Assembly (NCBI GenBank): GCA_046583315.1
Contig: JAYGCN010000316.1
Coordinates: 1-39,455, forward strand
Origin: Candidatus Hydrogenedentota bacterium
GTDB lineage: Bacteria > Hydrogenedentota > Hydrogenedentia > Hydrogenedentales > GCA-2746185
Direction: 5' to 3'
Length of the DNA: 39,455 nt
Made by a program: the position numbers and the translations under genes. Positions 11,001 through 20,525 of this stretch are shown piece by piece; position 1 is the stretch's first letter, and every line of letters begins with the position of its first letter. The notes under the pieces are model-generated. The model made no database searches. It saw only the letters and a program-made list of their open reading frames with translations, and was not told the origin of the DNA.

Positions 11001-11509
11001 GCCACGAAATTCTCCAGAACGGCGATTCTGGTCTGCTCTGGGTGAAAGGTCCCAACGTGATGGAAGGCTATCTGGGTATGCCTGAAAAAACGGCCGATGT
11101 GCTACGGGAAGGCTGGTACCAGACCGGGGATATCGCGAATATTGATGAGGACGGCTTCATTACGATCACCGATCGCCTGGCGCGTTTCAGTAAACTCGGC
11201 GGCGAGATGGTCAGCCACACGAGAGTGGAAGAAGCCCTGCACGAAGTTCTTGAAGAATCCGAAACCGTGCTCGCGGTTACGGGCGTACCCGATGATGCCA
11301 AAGGGGAACGGCTCATCGTGCTGCACACCTTGGCGGACGACGACTTCGAAAATCTGCTCACGCGCATGGATGAAACCGGACTGCCGAATCTATGGCTACC
11401 GAAACAGAAGGCCTTCTACAAAGTCGATGAGATCCCTATCCTCGGTACGGGCAAACTCGACATCAAAGGCGTCAAAACCCTCGCACACAAACTCGACGTG
11501 GGCGAGTAA
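8081..11509 (+). CDS. aas: Acyl-[ACP]--phospholipid O-acyltransferase: LplT-like MFS + PlsC acyltransferase + acyl-ACP synthetase fusion
   Basis: N-terminal MFS (AFSDNFFK, FGPAKYGILP); NHTSFLD and FAEG acyltransferase blocks; FSSGSEGEPKG, EGYGTTE, WYQTGD AMP-binding motifs. Confidence 0.92.
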   Translation: MGITYDKSSYKKGYWYLIATLFQGAFSDNFFKYTLIFLLIDSAVTDTAQNSGAIAAYAGMLFAIPYILFPGIFGALSDRVPKKQVVVWTKYLEIVIMALGFFAILNGQPIFLAAVFFMMATQSAMFGPAKYGILPEGLPESRLSWGNGVMQMMTMVAIIAGVGCAGPLYQMLSKGGNVQYSSFILVALAFLGLTFARKVFNPPAADPQRAIPANPWSGMGKVFKIYKADKWLWLTVVGYVYFWFVAALLQANLIPFGNNILNLSEIQMSMQAVALSLGIGAGAVSAGYLSRGKIEVGLIPLGAFGMAVFCGLLAWPIFGFQGSLVLLTGLGFFGGVFDVPLAATIQSRSPSNMRGAIMAVTNMLTFVGMFTAGALMLFFSTQSVSPYTIFAICCVMTFAMAIYVSLLLPIFVLRLGLWFLANTIYRVRVIGRRHIPEHGGALLVANHTSFLDALIIVASIDRPVRFLMYRGIYEVPWIKPLAKLVGAIPIAPGGGPREVMQSLQSATDALKDGELVCIFAEGQITRTGQMLPFRKGFERIMAGTDAPIIPVHIDQIWGSIFSFSDGKFFWKWPKRIPFPITIGFGESMPSDSNAYELRAAIQELGTEAYNRHDTKAPLLHELFIKKAKRHPFKLGVADARSGALSNFRTLVGAIILARKLKPLLADDEKMVGLLLPQSVGGTLANIALTMINRVPVNMNYTTSDEALDSAATQCDMRHVITARAFLDQVPVTPPRDIIYVDDILAGVVKKDRIQAILMAYLLPMKVLLKKLGGNEKRSIDDTATIVFSSGSEGEPKGIILTHYNITKNIEAALQVFPHQKGDIIMGMLPFFHVFGYTATLWLVLVHQNFGAVYHPNPMEPRAIGGLIEKYKATIMFSTSTFLHGFVRRCTPKQLGSIRFIITGAEKLSPRVRDAFKEKFGVEPLEGYGTTECSPIVSLNVPDFRAPGFYQKGTKRGSIGHPLPGISVRITDPDSHEILQNGDSGLLWVKGPNVMEGYLGMPEKTADVLREGWYQTGDIANIDEDGFITITDRLARFSKLGGEMVSHTRVEEALHEVLEESETVLAVTGVPDDAKGERLIVLHTLADDDFENLLTRMDETGLPNLWLPKQKAFYKVDEIPILGTGKLDIKGVKTLAHKLDVGE

Positions 11510-11511
11510 TC

Positions 11512-12558
11512 GTGGCGGATTCTGAAGAAACCACTACGCCGGAAACCGCCAAGGACGACGAGCCTGAACCTCGTTCTTTCTTCTTAGGAAAGAAGAAAGA
11601 ACCAAAGAAGAACCGGCGGATACTTCGTATCCTTATCTTCGTTGTGTTTATTCTTGCGATTTATGATCTTTCTACCGCCAAACTTGCCACCAAATACGAC
11701 TTGAAACAGCCTCGCGATCCGGAAACGGGTATTCTCGTCGGCGCGGAACCTCGGCTGCTCGGTCCTGAAGATGCGGACACGGCCATCCTCTTTGTACACG
11801 GCTTCGTCGGCGGCTCGAATAACTTCAACGATATCCCCGATCTGCTCGCGGAAAAGGAAGGCTACCGTATCAAGATGATGCTGCTACCCGGACACGGCAC
11901 CTCCCCGAAGGATTTTGCCGAGACGACCGCCGAAGAAATGCTCAACGCTGTGCTCGATGAAGTCAACGCGCTCAAAGAAAAACACAAACGCGTCATCCTC
12001 GTTGGACACTCCATGGGCGGCGCACTCAGCACCATCGTCGCCTCCACCGAAGAGCTCGACGGACTCATCCTCGCCGCGCCTTACTACCGCGTCACGCACC
12101 AATGGTATTACGGCCTGCCCGTGGAAACCTGGAACGCCCTCACCGGCCCCGTCATTCTCCGGGTTTACAAAGGCGATGCCTTCATCCGCGTCGCCAAGAA
12201 AGAGAATCGACCCAACATCCTGTCCTACCGCTGGATACCGTCCAAAGGCTCTGCAACCCTCACCGCCATCGGCAAACAAGCCCGCGATCCCGAAACCCTC
12301 GCCGCCATCACCGAACCCACCCTTGTCCTGCACGGTCGCCACGACTTCGCCGCCTCGCCAAAAGCCTCCAAAGAAGCCCTCGACCAAATGAGCTCCGAAT
12401 CCAAAACCTACGTCGACCTTCACCACTCCGATCACCACATCTTCTGGGATTATGATCACCTGCATGTCTACAAAGCGTTTGTGGCGTTCTTGAACGAGCT
12501 GAATGCCGACGAAGCCCGCGCCGAAGAGTTGTACGAGAAAGTCGGTATCATTGAATAG
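11512..12558 (+). CDS. Membrane-anchored alpha/beta hydrolase (carboxylesterase/lysophospholipase-like)
   Basis: VHGF, LPGHGT, GHSMGG nucleophile elbow, HGRHD, SDHH; one N-terminal TM helix; GTG 2 nt after the aas stop. Confidence 0.85.
   Translation: MADSEETTTPETAKDDEPEPRSFFLGKKKEPKKNRRILRILIFVVFILAIYDLSTAKLATKYDLKQPRDPETGILVGAEPRLLGPEDADTAILFVHGFVGGSNNFNDIPDLLAEKEGYRIKMMLLPGHGTSPKDFAETTAEEMLNAVLDEVNALKEKHKRVILVGHSMGGALSTIVASTEELDGLILAAPYYRVTHQWYYGLPVETWNALTGPVILRVYKGDAFIRVAKKENRPNILSYRWIPSKGSATLTAIGKQARDPETLAAITEPTLVLHGRHDFAASPKASKEALDQMSSESKTYVDLHHSDHHIFWDYDHLHVYKAFVAFLNELNADEARAEELYEKVGIIE
11572..11633 (+). repeat. Palindromic repeat family A, copy 1 (inside hydrolase CDS)
   Basis: 41-nt core CGTTCTTTCTTCTTaGGAAAGAAGAAAGAACCAAAGAAGAA matches 28373-28413 with 1 mismatch; followed by GATACttcGTATC. 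Confidence 0.85.
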
Positions 12559-12629
12559 AATCACGCCCCGATTTTGTTCAATATCGTGTACCATTAGTGC
12601 AGAGCCGACACACAAAGGGGGAGTGTCCA

Positions 12630-14687
12630 ATGCCAAAACATCTACTATTCGCACGCCTATTTATCATTGCAGTCGCATTCAGTCTGTGCGGGTGTTCCTC
12701 TGACGACAACCCGGACGCGCCCGCGAACGACGCTGGCCCGGTTGCTGTCGCAAGACTCACCCCCGAGGAAACCGCTACCGCCTTCATAGAGGCGGGCATG
12801 GCTGGTGATCGCGAGGCGATTGAGTCGCTACTCACGGCCAAGGCGCTCGAAGGGATGAACTCGGGCGACTCCGGCATGAACGTCAACGAGATGTCCTACG
12901 AGGAATACACGGTCGGCGAATCTGAATTGACCGACGAGGGCGCGGACGTTTCGATTGAGGTTACCGAGAACGGCGAAACGCAAACCATGAAACTCAAAAT
13001 GCGTGATGAGGACGGTGCCTATCGCGTATTCGCCGTGGGTGTCGTGCTTGGCGAAGGCATGGAGTTCACGATCAACCTTGAGGAAATCGGCGAAATGTTG
13101 ACCTCGATGGTCGAGGGCTTTGGAGAGGCCCTTGAGGAGACTTTCAGTTCCGCGATGCAATCGTCCATGATGGGCGGCACCGAAGAAGAAATCGCCGAGA
13201 AGAAAAAACGATACGACGCCATTCGTGCACTGAGCAACGATGAATACGAATCGACCCAGAAGAATGCCGTTGACTACAGAGGCAAGACCGCCGGCGACGC
13301 GCTCGCCGATTCGGCCGAAGGACTTTCGCTGACCATACACGGCGTTGGATTTGAATCGGAGTTGCAACAGGAAGTCACCGTCTCTGTAGAAGGTTTGTCT
13401 CGACTGCAGGCCATCGAATCCATCTGTGAACAACTCGGTCTCTATCCGGTATTTCCTGACATGAATGACTACATGGGCGGATTCGGCGGCGCGATGGTCA
13501 GCGCACTGGCAGAGGGCATGGAAACGATGCTGGCCGAGACCCTCGGCGGGCTACCGGACGATGCGCAAGCAATCGAAGCGCCAGCGGAACCGGCCACAAA
13601 CGCGATTCAGTTCGCGAAAGGTCCGAGACCCTACCCCATCGCGTTCAACGGCCCGTTTTTGTTCGAGATTACAGAGCTCAAAGAGAATGCCCCCGTGCCG
13701 ACGGGTCGTATCCAGATGACCGTGCGATCTTACGGACTCGATGTCGGGCTACTTACGCTACTGCAGGGGCTGAATGATGCTCTTCTCTTCGACGGTCTGG
13801 TCGATGCGCAGGAGCGCAGCCTAATCGAAGAAAATGTTTTCTACTTGAGTAGCGGCGATGTGACCGGGAAGGCCTACTCAGACTCCTACGGCCTCGGTCT
13901 AATAAATCTGATTCGCGAAGTAACCGAAATCAAACGATTCAGCGGAAAACAGAAACTCGTCGTGCCTTCGATCGTAGAGGAAGTTGTATTTGATGGAGTT
14001 GAAGAAGGTCAGACGAAAAATCTAGGCGATCTCGTGCTCGAAGTGAAAGGAGTGGGCACCCATACACGAATCGAAATCGTGGGTCCGGAATCCTCTACGG
14101 AAAACCTGTTGGTTCAGTTCTGGGCCGAAGATGCGGACGGCGCATCACTCGGCATCACCTTCGAGAACACGAGCCGCTGGCAACCGGGCAAGGTACAGGC
14201 GGAAATAAATACACAATCGCCACCGCATACGGTGCGACTAAAGCTAGTCACAGAGTCGCAGGCCCTGGAATTCCCCTTCTCCTTCGAACACATTCCGCTC
14301 GAAAAATATGCACAGACCCCAGAACGAATCGAAGAATTGAATTTTGGAAACCATGAAACACCCCTGACGATTACGCTGAAAGAAATTACGGATCGCGACC
14401 CCAGTTTTGCGAAGGTCGATTTGAATATCGTCAACCACTCCAACAAGGACGTGCTCAACGTGTCGACCAATATGGAATATCTCGACGCATCCGGCACAAA
14501 ACTCGAAGACTTTCAGACCATGGTCACCGGCCCGTTCACATCTGAAGGCACACAGACGCTCGTCGGGAAAAACGGGACTTCGACTCAGGAATCGACCGCC
14601 TTTAACATGCCCGAGGCGACAAAAGACATCCTCGTCGTGGTGCAGCGAGTTCAGTTTCTGGACGGCACGAAGTGGGATGAATACTAA
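12630..14687 (+). CDS. Large acidic lipoprotein of unknown function
   Basis: Signal peptide with lipobox-like SLCG-C; long ORF with protein-like composition; GGGGGAG upstream of ATG at 12630. Confidence 0.75.
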   Translation: MPKHLLFARLFIIAVAFSLCGCSSDDNPDAPANDAGPVAVARLTPEETATAFIEAGMAGDREAIESLLTAKALEGMNSGDSGMNVNEMSYEEYTVGESELTDEGADVSIEVTENGETQTMKLKMRDEDGAYRVFAVGVVLGEGMEFTINLEEIGEMLTSMVEGFGEALEETFSSAMQSSMMGGTEEEIAEKKKRYDAIRALSNDEYESTQKNAVDYRGKTAGDALADSAEGLSLTIHGVGFESELQQEVTVSVEGLSRLQAIESICEQLGLYPVFPDMNDYMGGFGGAMVSALAEGMETMLAETLGGLPDDAQAIEAPAEPATNAIQFAKGPRPYPIAFNGPFLFEITELKENAPVPTGRIQMTVRSYGLDVGLLTLLQGLNDALLFDGLVDAQERSLIEENVFYLSSGDVTGKAYSDSYGLGLINLIREVTEIKRFSGKQKLVVPSIVEEVVFDGVEEGQTKNLGDLVLEVKGVGTHTRIEIVGPESSTENLLVQFWAEDADGASLGITFENTSRWQPGKVQAEINTQSPPHTVRLKLVTESQALEFPFSFEHIPLEKYAQTPERIEELNFGNHETPLTITLKEITDRDPSFAKVDLNIVNHSNKDVLNVSTNMEYLDASGTKLEDFQTMVTGPFTSEGTQTLVGKNGTSTQESTAFNMPEATKDILVVVQRVQFLDGTKWDEY

Positions 14688-14740
14688 ATACTCGCCGATA
14701 GGCCTATAAACAGGAGCGAAATCGAGTCTTGATAACATCT

Positions 14741-14757
14741 ATTTAGACAGCCTTAAT
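14741..14757 (+). promoter_or_regulatory. Possible PadR autoregulatory operator overlapping a putative leaderless promoter
   Basis: Imperfect palindrome ATTTAG-ACAGC-CTTAAT 6 nt before the ATG, with TTGATA at 14729-14734. Confidence 0.3.
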
Positions 14758-14763
14758 ACCCCT

Positions 14764-15109
14764 ATGGACAAAATAGATGGCAATAAGCTGCGCGGGCATC
14801 TCGATACGATGGCACTCTCTATTCTCGAAAAGAATAAGGCGCACGGTTTCGAGATCATGCAACAAATCGACGAATTGGGATCGGGCGCGTTGCACATGAA
14901 CGAGGGTACCCTCTTATCCCGCCTTGTATCGCCTCGAAAAAGCAGGGCTACTCCATGCGCAATGGGAAGATGGCACCACGCCCAGACGTGGTCCACGCAG
15001 ACGCATTTACAGCATCACCGCCAAAGGTATAAAAGAACTCGTCCGTCGTCGCGAAGACTGGCGACAGTTCGTAAATATCATCGGACCCGTCGTGGAGGCA
15101 ACAACATGA
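14764..15109 (+). pseudogene. PadR family regulator with +1 frameshift
   Basis: LRGHLD..ALSIL..HGFEI..EGTL, then frame changes; deleting one T at 14914-14915 restores EGTLYPALYRLEKAGL...RRRIYSIT..G. Confidence 0.85.
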
Positions 15110-15843
15110 AAGAACTCGACATATTGGTGGAACGTGTGGTGCGGCCCATTCGCGCCAATATCACACGTAAGTTGCAGATGCGCGAAGAGTTGTTGGCCCA
15201 CGTTACGTCGGCCTATGAACAAGAGATTCAATATGGCCGCTCGCACGAAGAAGCGATCACCCGTACACAGGAACGCTTTGGCGACGCGGATGCACTCCGA
15301 CAGGATCTACAAGCCTCTGTCCCCACATTTGAGAAATTGGGCCATACGTATATATTCAATTCGGAAACGCGTTGGGGATTTCGTCGTGTCGGTGAGGAGC
15401 GTTCACGGTACGCCCTGAGAATTGCACTATGGCACTGTATTTTCAGCGCGCTATACTTCTCCTTAGTACCCCAACTTGGACTGGCATTCTCGGGAGCCGG
15501 AACACTTCCCCTGACCACGCAGTTTTCGGGTACGATCATTTTCGCAGCGTTCCAGGCCACGTCGATGTACGTCATGCACCGGTGCGGACCATTACTACTC
15601 GACAAGGTCAATGAGACTCAACGTGCCAAGTATCAGGCAATAGGCTTACTCTTCATGACAGCAAATATGCTCACACTCTTTGCTGTGGTCTATGTGATTC
15701 TCGGCGGCTACTTCACGAACCCAATGCGATTCGCACTCACCGGTCCGATTGTCGGCATACCCGGACTCTTCGCCCCACTCTTCGGTTACCAGTTCTGGCC
15801 CGCAAAACTGGACAAGTGGCGTCATCTCGACCTCGAAGACTAG
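15106..15843 (+). CDS. Membrane protein with N-terminal permease-prefix-like domain (PadR-associated)
   Basis: REELLAH...G.S.EEA......FGD motif then about 4 TM helices; ATGA overlap with the PadR stop and GGAGG RBS. Confidence 0.8.
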   Translation: MKELDILVERVVRPIRANITRKLQMREELLAHVTSAYEQEIQYGRSHEEAITRTQERFGDADALRQDLQASVPTFEKLGHTYIFNSETRWGFRRVGEERSRYALRIALWHCIFSALYFSLVPQLGLAFSGAGTLPLTTQFSGTIIFAAFQATSMYVMHRCGPLLLDKVNETQRAKYQAIGLLFMTANMLTLFAVVYVILGGYFTNPMRFALTGPIVGIPGLFAPLFGYQFWPAKLDKWRHLDLED

Positions 15844-15868
15844 CCCTCTCCGTTCCGTCCCGCAATGA

Positions 15869-16999
15869 CTACAACGACTTCGTGGAAGTAGAGGTCCCGT
15901 CGCCCCTCCACTCATTCACCTCGAAGCGTTCTCCCCAAGTCATAATGAGCGCACGCCGCGCCCTAATTCTCGGAAGCAGGTGTCGGTAAATGTCACCGAG
16001 TTTATTCACGTGGCCATTCGGACGGTGGCCCAATTCATGCTCGTGGCCTTTGATGATCAGCGGCTTTACGAGGGTATCGACATCCTCCGTTACGCTGCGT
16101 GGCCAGCCCATAATATGGAACCAGACATCGACCGTCCATCCATCTTTGATCGCCTCGCGCAACCAGGGTGTGAAAGGCCTTCCACGGTTGTCATCGTTAT
16201 GCAAAAACGTCGGCCCGTCACCAACCTTCACCAGATATACATTATTCTCCGCATCATGTTTGCTGACCGCAAAATCGTTATTCTCGTCTCGCCCCATGTA
16301 TTGAACGCCGTCAAACACTCTTACCGGCTATGCCGAAAAGGTGTGGTCCTTACCCGCATCGAGCGTCACGATACGGTCATAAAAAGAAGTCTTTTTGAGC
16401 ATTTCCTTGATTTCTTCGGGAACGATGATCTGTTTACCTGCCTTGGCCAAACTCTCCGTAAGTGCAAACGAGAAATGATCGTAATGCCGATGCGAAACGA
16501 ATGCTATATCTACCAGATCCGCGAATTGTTCGCGCATGGCCGGAGTCCATTTAAAAAGATAATCAAGTACCGCCGCAGGAGAACGCTTGATATCCTTGAA
16601 TGGTCCTTCTGTGGCATCGAATGAAAATGTTGTGCTCGGCGTTTTGACCAGGAAACCAGATGAATAAAGTTTCCAGATCACTGCTCCGCTCTCGACAGAT
16701 GTTGAAGCGGCTTCATCCAATGCTTTTTGGATTTGACGCAAATAATACTGATGGAAATCCACATTGCTGGTTTCTGGATTCCTGTCCCAATACACGACAT
16801 CGGGCGCATAGATCCAGGCATCAAGAGCTTCGAACAAATCGGCGCGAGTCGCATCCTCTCCGAGATGAGGAGGATATTGCGCGAGGCCCAGTTCGATTTT
16901 ATCTAGAGGTCTAAGCGTTTCGGCCCATGCGATGCCAGATAACAGGCCGACAAAAATCGTTACCCTGGAAAGCCGATGTAAATCCATAATGCGTTCCAT
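15869..16999 (-). pseudogene. Exported metallo-beta-lactamase-fold hydrolase with one in-frame TAG
   Basis: Signal peptide, WKLYSSGFLVKT, SHRHYDH (HxHxDH); the two listed ORFs share a frame, separated only by TAG at 16328-16330 (HTFSA*PVRVFDG). Confidence 0.8.
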
Positions 17000-17421
17000 T
17001 ATACAGTCTCCCCCCGCTCTTTCGCCTTGGCAACTTCCCATGCTTTGACGGCGTCTTCGGCGGACTGTGCTTTCACGTCTCCGAAGACGTGATCGTGTCG
17101 ACGGATCATTTTTGCGTGGATGGCTTCGAGTGCGTCCTTCAACTGGAAGCGTCCCTCTTCTTCAGCGGCGGCAGCTGATGCCAATAACGTAAAAAACGCA
17201 TCCCCGAATTCCTCAGCTATGTGCGCGTTATCGTTGTGTTTGATCGCGTCAATGAATTCTTCAACTTCCCCCTTCGCATAGCCCGCGAAATCCCCGGACG
17301 ACTGCTCGCGATCCCAGGGGCATCCTTCCGGTGTACGCAGAAATCGCGCTAGGCTCATCAACGCCTCAAACCACTCATTTTCAGTCTCGGCGCTACAATT
17401 TACGTGGGGATTTGTGTCCAT
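16999..17421 (-). CDS. MazG-family nucleoside triphosphate pyrophosphohydrolase (single domain)
   Basis: LRTPEGCPWDREQ, EVEE, EEFGD, KMIRRH.HVFG, WE..K..E; AGGAG RBS; stop overlaps next start (TAATG). Confidence 0.9.
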   Translation of the reverse strand: MDTNPHVNCSAETENEWFEALMSLARFLRTPEGCPWDREQSSGDFAGYAKGEVEEFIDAIKHNDNAHIAEEFGDAFFTLLASAAAAEEEGRFQLKDALEAIHAKMIRRHDHVFGDVKAQSAEDAVKAWEVAKAKERGETV

Positions 17422-17436
17422 GGGGCTCCTTCGGGC

Positions 17437-17463
17437 TAAAGATTCCATACTTTATGTCGATAA
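17437..17463 (+). promoter_or_regulatory. Putative sigma28 promoter
   Basis: TAAA-gattccatactttat(15 nt)-GTCGATAA, one mismatch to consensus; shares CTAAAG with the fliD promoter. Confidence 0.7.
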
Positions 17464-17505
17464 TACTATACAACGGGGGACATTACAGACAAGGCGGTCT
17501 GCACC

Positions 17506-17691
17506 ATGATTATTTCATGCAAAACCTGCAAAAAGATCCACTCGGACGGAAAATGGACCAACGAATTCTCACAGGACAAGAAGGTCGGCTACTATACCTT
17601 CTGCCCGACCTGCCTGTCGGACATCAACGATGGCCACGAGACGTTCAACTCGCCAGCCGGATTGCCCAGCACCTACATCACCGCGAATTAG
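17506..17691 (+). CDS. Small CxxC...CxxC (zinc-ribbon-like) protein
   Basis: CKTCKKIHSDGKW...YTFCPTC; fills the mazG-surE gap without overlap; AAGGCGG upstream. Confidence 0.7.
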   Translation: MIISCKTCKKIHSDGKWTNEFSQDKKVGYYTFCPTCLSDINDGHETFNSPAGLPSTYITAN

Positions 17692-17696
17692 GGCGA

Positions 17697-18377
17697 TCAG
17701 ATACTCAATTTGGATACGGCGATATTCCCGGAAAAACACACGTCCGCGTCTTTCCCGGGGTCGCGCAACCGTTCCGAATAGACACCCGCATAGGTAAAGC
17801 GATTTCCATCCACCCTGTAAGCAACCGGTAGCGATTGCTTGCAGGGTTCGCATTTTATGAGTTCCGGTTCCGGCGCATCGGCTTCGAGATGCGGAAAATT
17901 CACGTTCCAGAATGTATGCGGCTCCGGCTCCTCCGCAAGGATGAAATCCAACACGCGACGCGTCCACGCTTCGGTGCGCTCCCATGTAAAGGTCATCTTC
18001 GGGCGCAAAAACTGTGAAAACGAAATGGCCGGCTTGCCCAGAAACACCGCCTCACGCGCTCCGGCGACCGTGCCTGACAAATAAATATCGTGCCCCATGT
18101 TCCCGCCGAAGTTTACGCCGGACAACACCCAGTCCGCATCCTCCGCCAAATGTTTTAAGCCAATTCGCGTGCAGTCCGCCGTGCGTCCGTCCACCGCGTG
18201 CACATCGAGAAATTTCTCAGTGACTTCAAGGTGTTCACCGTACATCGTCACCCGATGGCTGCAACCCGACTGATGCTCCAGCGGCGCGACGGTCACCGTC
18301 TCACCGTTCACCGCGCGACGCAGCACGTTAATTCCCTCCGCGTCATACCCGTCATCATTCGTAAGCAGGAATTTCAT
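17697..18377 (-). CDS. surE: 5'/3'-nucleotidase SurE
   Basis: LLTNDDG, VAP...QSG.SH, SGVNFGGN, YLSGTVAGAREA, NVNFP. Confidence 0.92.
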   Translation of the reverse strand: MKFLLTNDDGYDAEGINVLRRAVNGETVTVAPLEHQSGCSHRVTMYGEHLEVTEKFLDVHAVDGRTADCTRIGLKHLAEDADWVLSGVNFGGNMGHDIYLSGTVAGAREAVFLGKPAISFSQFLRPKMTFTWERTEAWTRRVLDFILAEEPEPHTFWNVNFPHLEADAPEPELIKCEPCKQSLPVAYRVDGNRFTYAGVYSERLRDPGKDADVCFSGNIAVSKLSI

Positions 18378-18380
18378 GGA

Positions 18381-18989
18381 TTAAGCAACAAATCCGTTTG
18401 ACTTGAGATAGTTCACGACAGTCGAAACGGAATCCCCCAAGGAAAGTTCGCCGGTATCCACAACAATTTCCGGATTTTCAGGCTCCTCATACGGCGACGA
18501 AATGCCGGTGAAGTCTTTTATCTCACCGGCGCGCGCCTTTTTGTAGAGCCCCTTCGGATCGCGACTCTCGCACACCTCCACCGAAGCGTCGACGTGTACC
18601 TCCACAAAACGATCGCCTATCAACTCACGCACCAACGCGCGGTCTGAGCGAAAAGGACTGATGAATGCCGTTAACGTCAATACGCCCGCATCCGAAAACA
18701 AGCGCGACACCTCGCCGATGCGTCGAATATTCTCTTGCCGATCTTCGTCTGAAAAATTCAGGTCGCCGTTTAAGCCATGCCGCACGTTATCGCCATCCAG
18801 CACGTAGGTGTGACATCCCATCTCATGCAAGGCCAGCTCCACACCATTCGCCACGGTCGATTTACCCGAACCCGACAGCCCCGTAAACCACAACACAGCA
18901 CCCTTATGCCCCACCAACGCCTCACGCTTCGCACGGTCCACTTCACCCAAATGCCAAACCACATTCGTACTCTTCGATTCCTCAGACAT
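18381..18989 (-). CDS. cysC: Adenylyl-sulfate (APS) kinase
   Basis: [50 protein letters not shown]. Confidence 0.96.
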   Translation of the reverse strand: MSEESKSTNVVWHLGEVDRAKREALVGHKGAVLWFTGLSGSGKSTVANGVELALHEMGCHTYVLDGDNVRHGLNGDLNFSDEDRQENIRRIGEVSRLFSDAGVLTLTAFISPFRSDRALVRELIGDRFVEVHVDASVEVCESRDPKGLYKKARAGEIKDFTGISSPYEEPENPEIVVDTGELSLGDSVSTVVNYLKSNGFVA

Positions 18990-19063
18990 AACGGCTCCAA
19001 ATACAGAAGGGATTAGCTAAAAAGGAAGTATAGCAAATAAGGCTGGACCAACGATTGAGCACC

Positions 19064-20436
19064 CTATCGCGGTCGAACGGTCGCGCGAATTCTGACCTCA
19101 GGAAGGTCTCCGATTAGTTCCAACAAATTGGTAGTCTGCTCGCGATAAGTCGCATCAGGTGAGGATTCCAAGAGATGCTCAAGAACTGGAATCACGGCTT
19201 CATTCGGCAACCATCCGAGAAGTTCAACCCCACTAATAGGAATATACTGGAGAAGCCCTCATACGAATATTCTTATGGGGCGGTCGCAGTGCTATCAATA
19301 CGGATGCTTCTGTGTCCGGATGACCGATTATGACGTTCATAGCACGTTCGAACTCTACCGGGGAAGCTGTTCACCGCGCCAACGACTGTTTTCACCGATG
19401 GCTTTTTCTGCCAAGAGTAGCTCCGGGGGCAACGGATTCCCCCTCAATTCCCGCTGGGTCACCATGCACATCACATGATCGGAAATTCTGTGTGGCATCT
19501 TCTCTAATTCCTACAAGAGAGGTAAGGCTTCTAACCAGCTATACTCTTGAACCGCAATTATCGACTGCATGTTATAGGAATCTTCCGAGACACGGAGATA
19601 AACTTGCTTAAGTTCTCGTCTCGGCTCCCAAGGCAGGTTATTCCGGACAGTTTCATGATACTCGGTGTTCTCAAGTAAGGAAAACAGGGTATCCACGACC
19701 TCTTTGCCTCGAATTCTGGATAGAGGATGTATTGCCCGAAGATTTTCCTGCTCTATCCCTTGCTTCAAAAAAGGGATGGCTTGTTCTTCCGCAATCCCGG
19801 CGAGCAAACTGATCCTGTCATTTCTTTCGCGTAGTTCCTCCGACTCATCGCAATAACTCACAAGCATGTCATACAGGTCATCCGCCCCTTCCAGATTGAA
19901 ACTCTTTCGCAGCCTGGCCCGGGCCGCGATGTTCATTCGCCCGTACCAATAATATCCTTCACCTTTGCCAAGATAGACTGGATCAGCTGTGGGGATCGGA
20001 GTGATCTTATCCTACGCAATCTCTGATCGGGCCGCAGTGGCTTTGAACGGCGGGACGGGAACAACACAAGGTCTACAGTGTATCTCATGTCGAACTCGGT
20101 ATCGTTATCCCGAAGGTTATGAGGAATCTCGTGTCCTAAGAGAATTCTGTATCCTCTTTTCCACCCGACTCGCACACTGGGAACACCATCATATTGAAGA
20201 ATTTTCTCTCCTACCGCAATCGAAATCGTTCGTGCGAACTGATATTTGGGAGATTGTTTATCATTCGGTCGATCTTCGGCCTGTTGCTCTTCAAGTAGCT
20301 CCGCACCCGGAAGATACTGTTGGAGATACAATGCAATGAAGACCGTTACAACAAAAAGTATAGAAATAGCGAAAATTCGTCGTACCAAGATCATTTTACC
20401 CGTAATACTTGTCATCAATAAATCCGATTCCAACAT
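19064..20436 (-). pseudogene. Degraded gene for a membrane-anchored protein with HEAT-like helical region
   Basis: Protein-like reading continues across frames: ..DLVLFP / ..SEIA*DKITP..PVYLGKGEGYYWYGRMNIAAR..LPLL*ELEKMP.. / ..EFERAMNVII.. / ..LPNEAVIPVLEHLL..; TAGs at 20012-20014 and 19511-19513 plus about 3 frameshifts; lower GC. Confidence 0.6.
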
Positions 20437-20525
20437 ACAATCAGAATTAAACTATTACATCAGTCTATACTATCAAAAATAGTTTGGCAATCGTTTTTAA
20501 GAACGAGGCAAAGCCTTGGCACGAA

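Noticed and set aside
14694..14701. GCCGATAG as a third sigma28 -10 box
   Set aside because: No TAAA at 15-nt spacing (GGAT instead).
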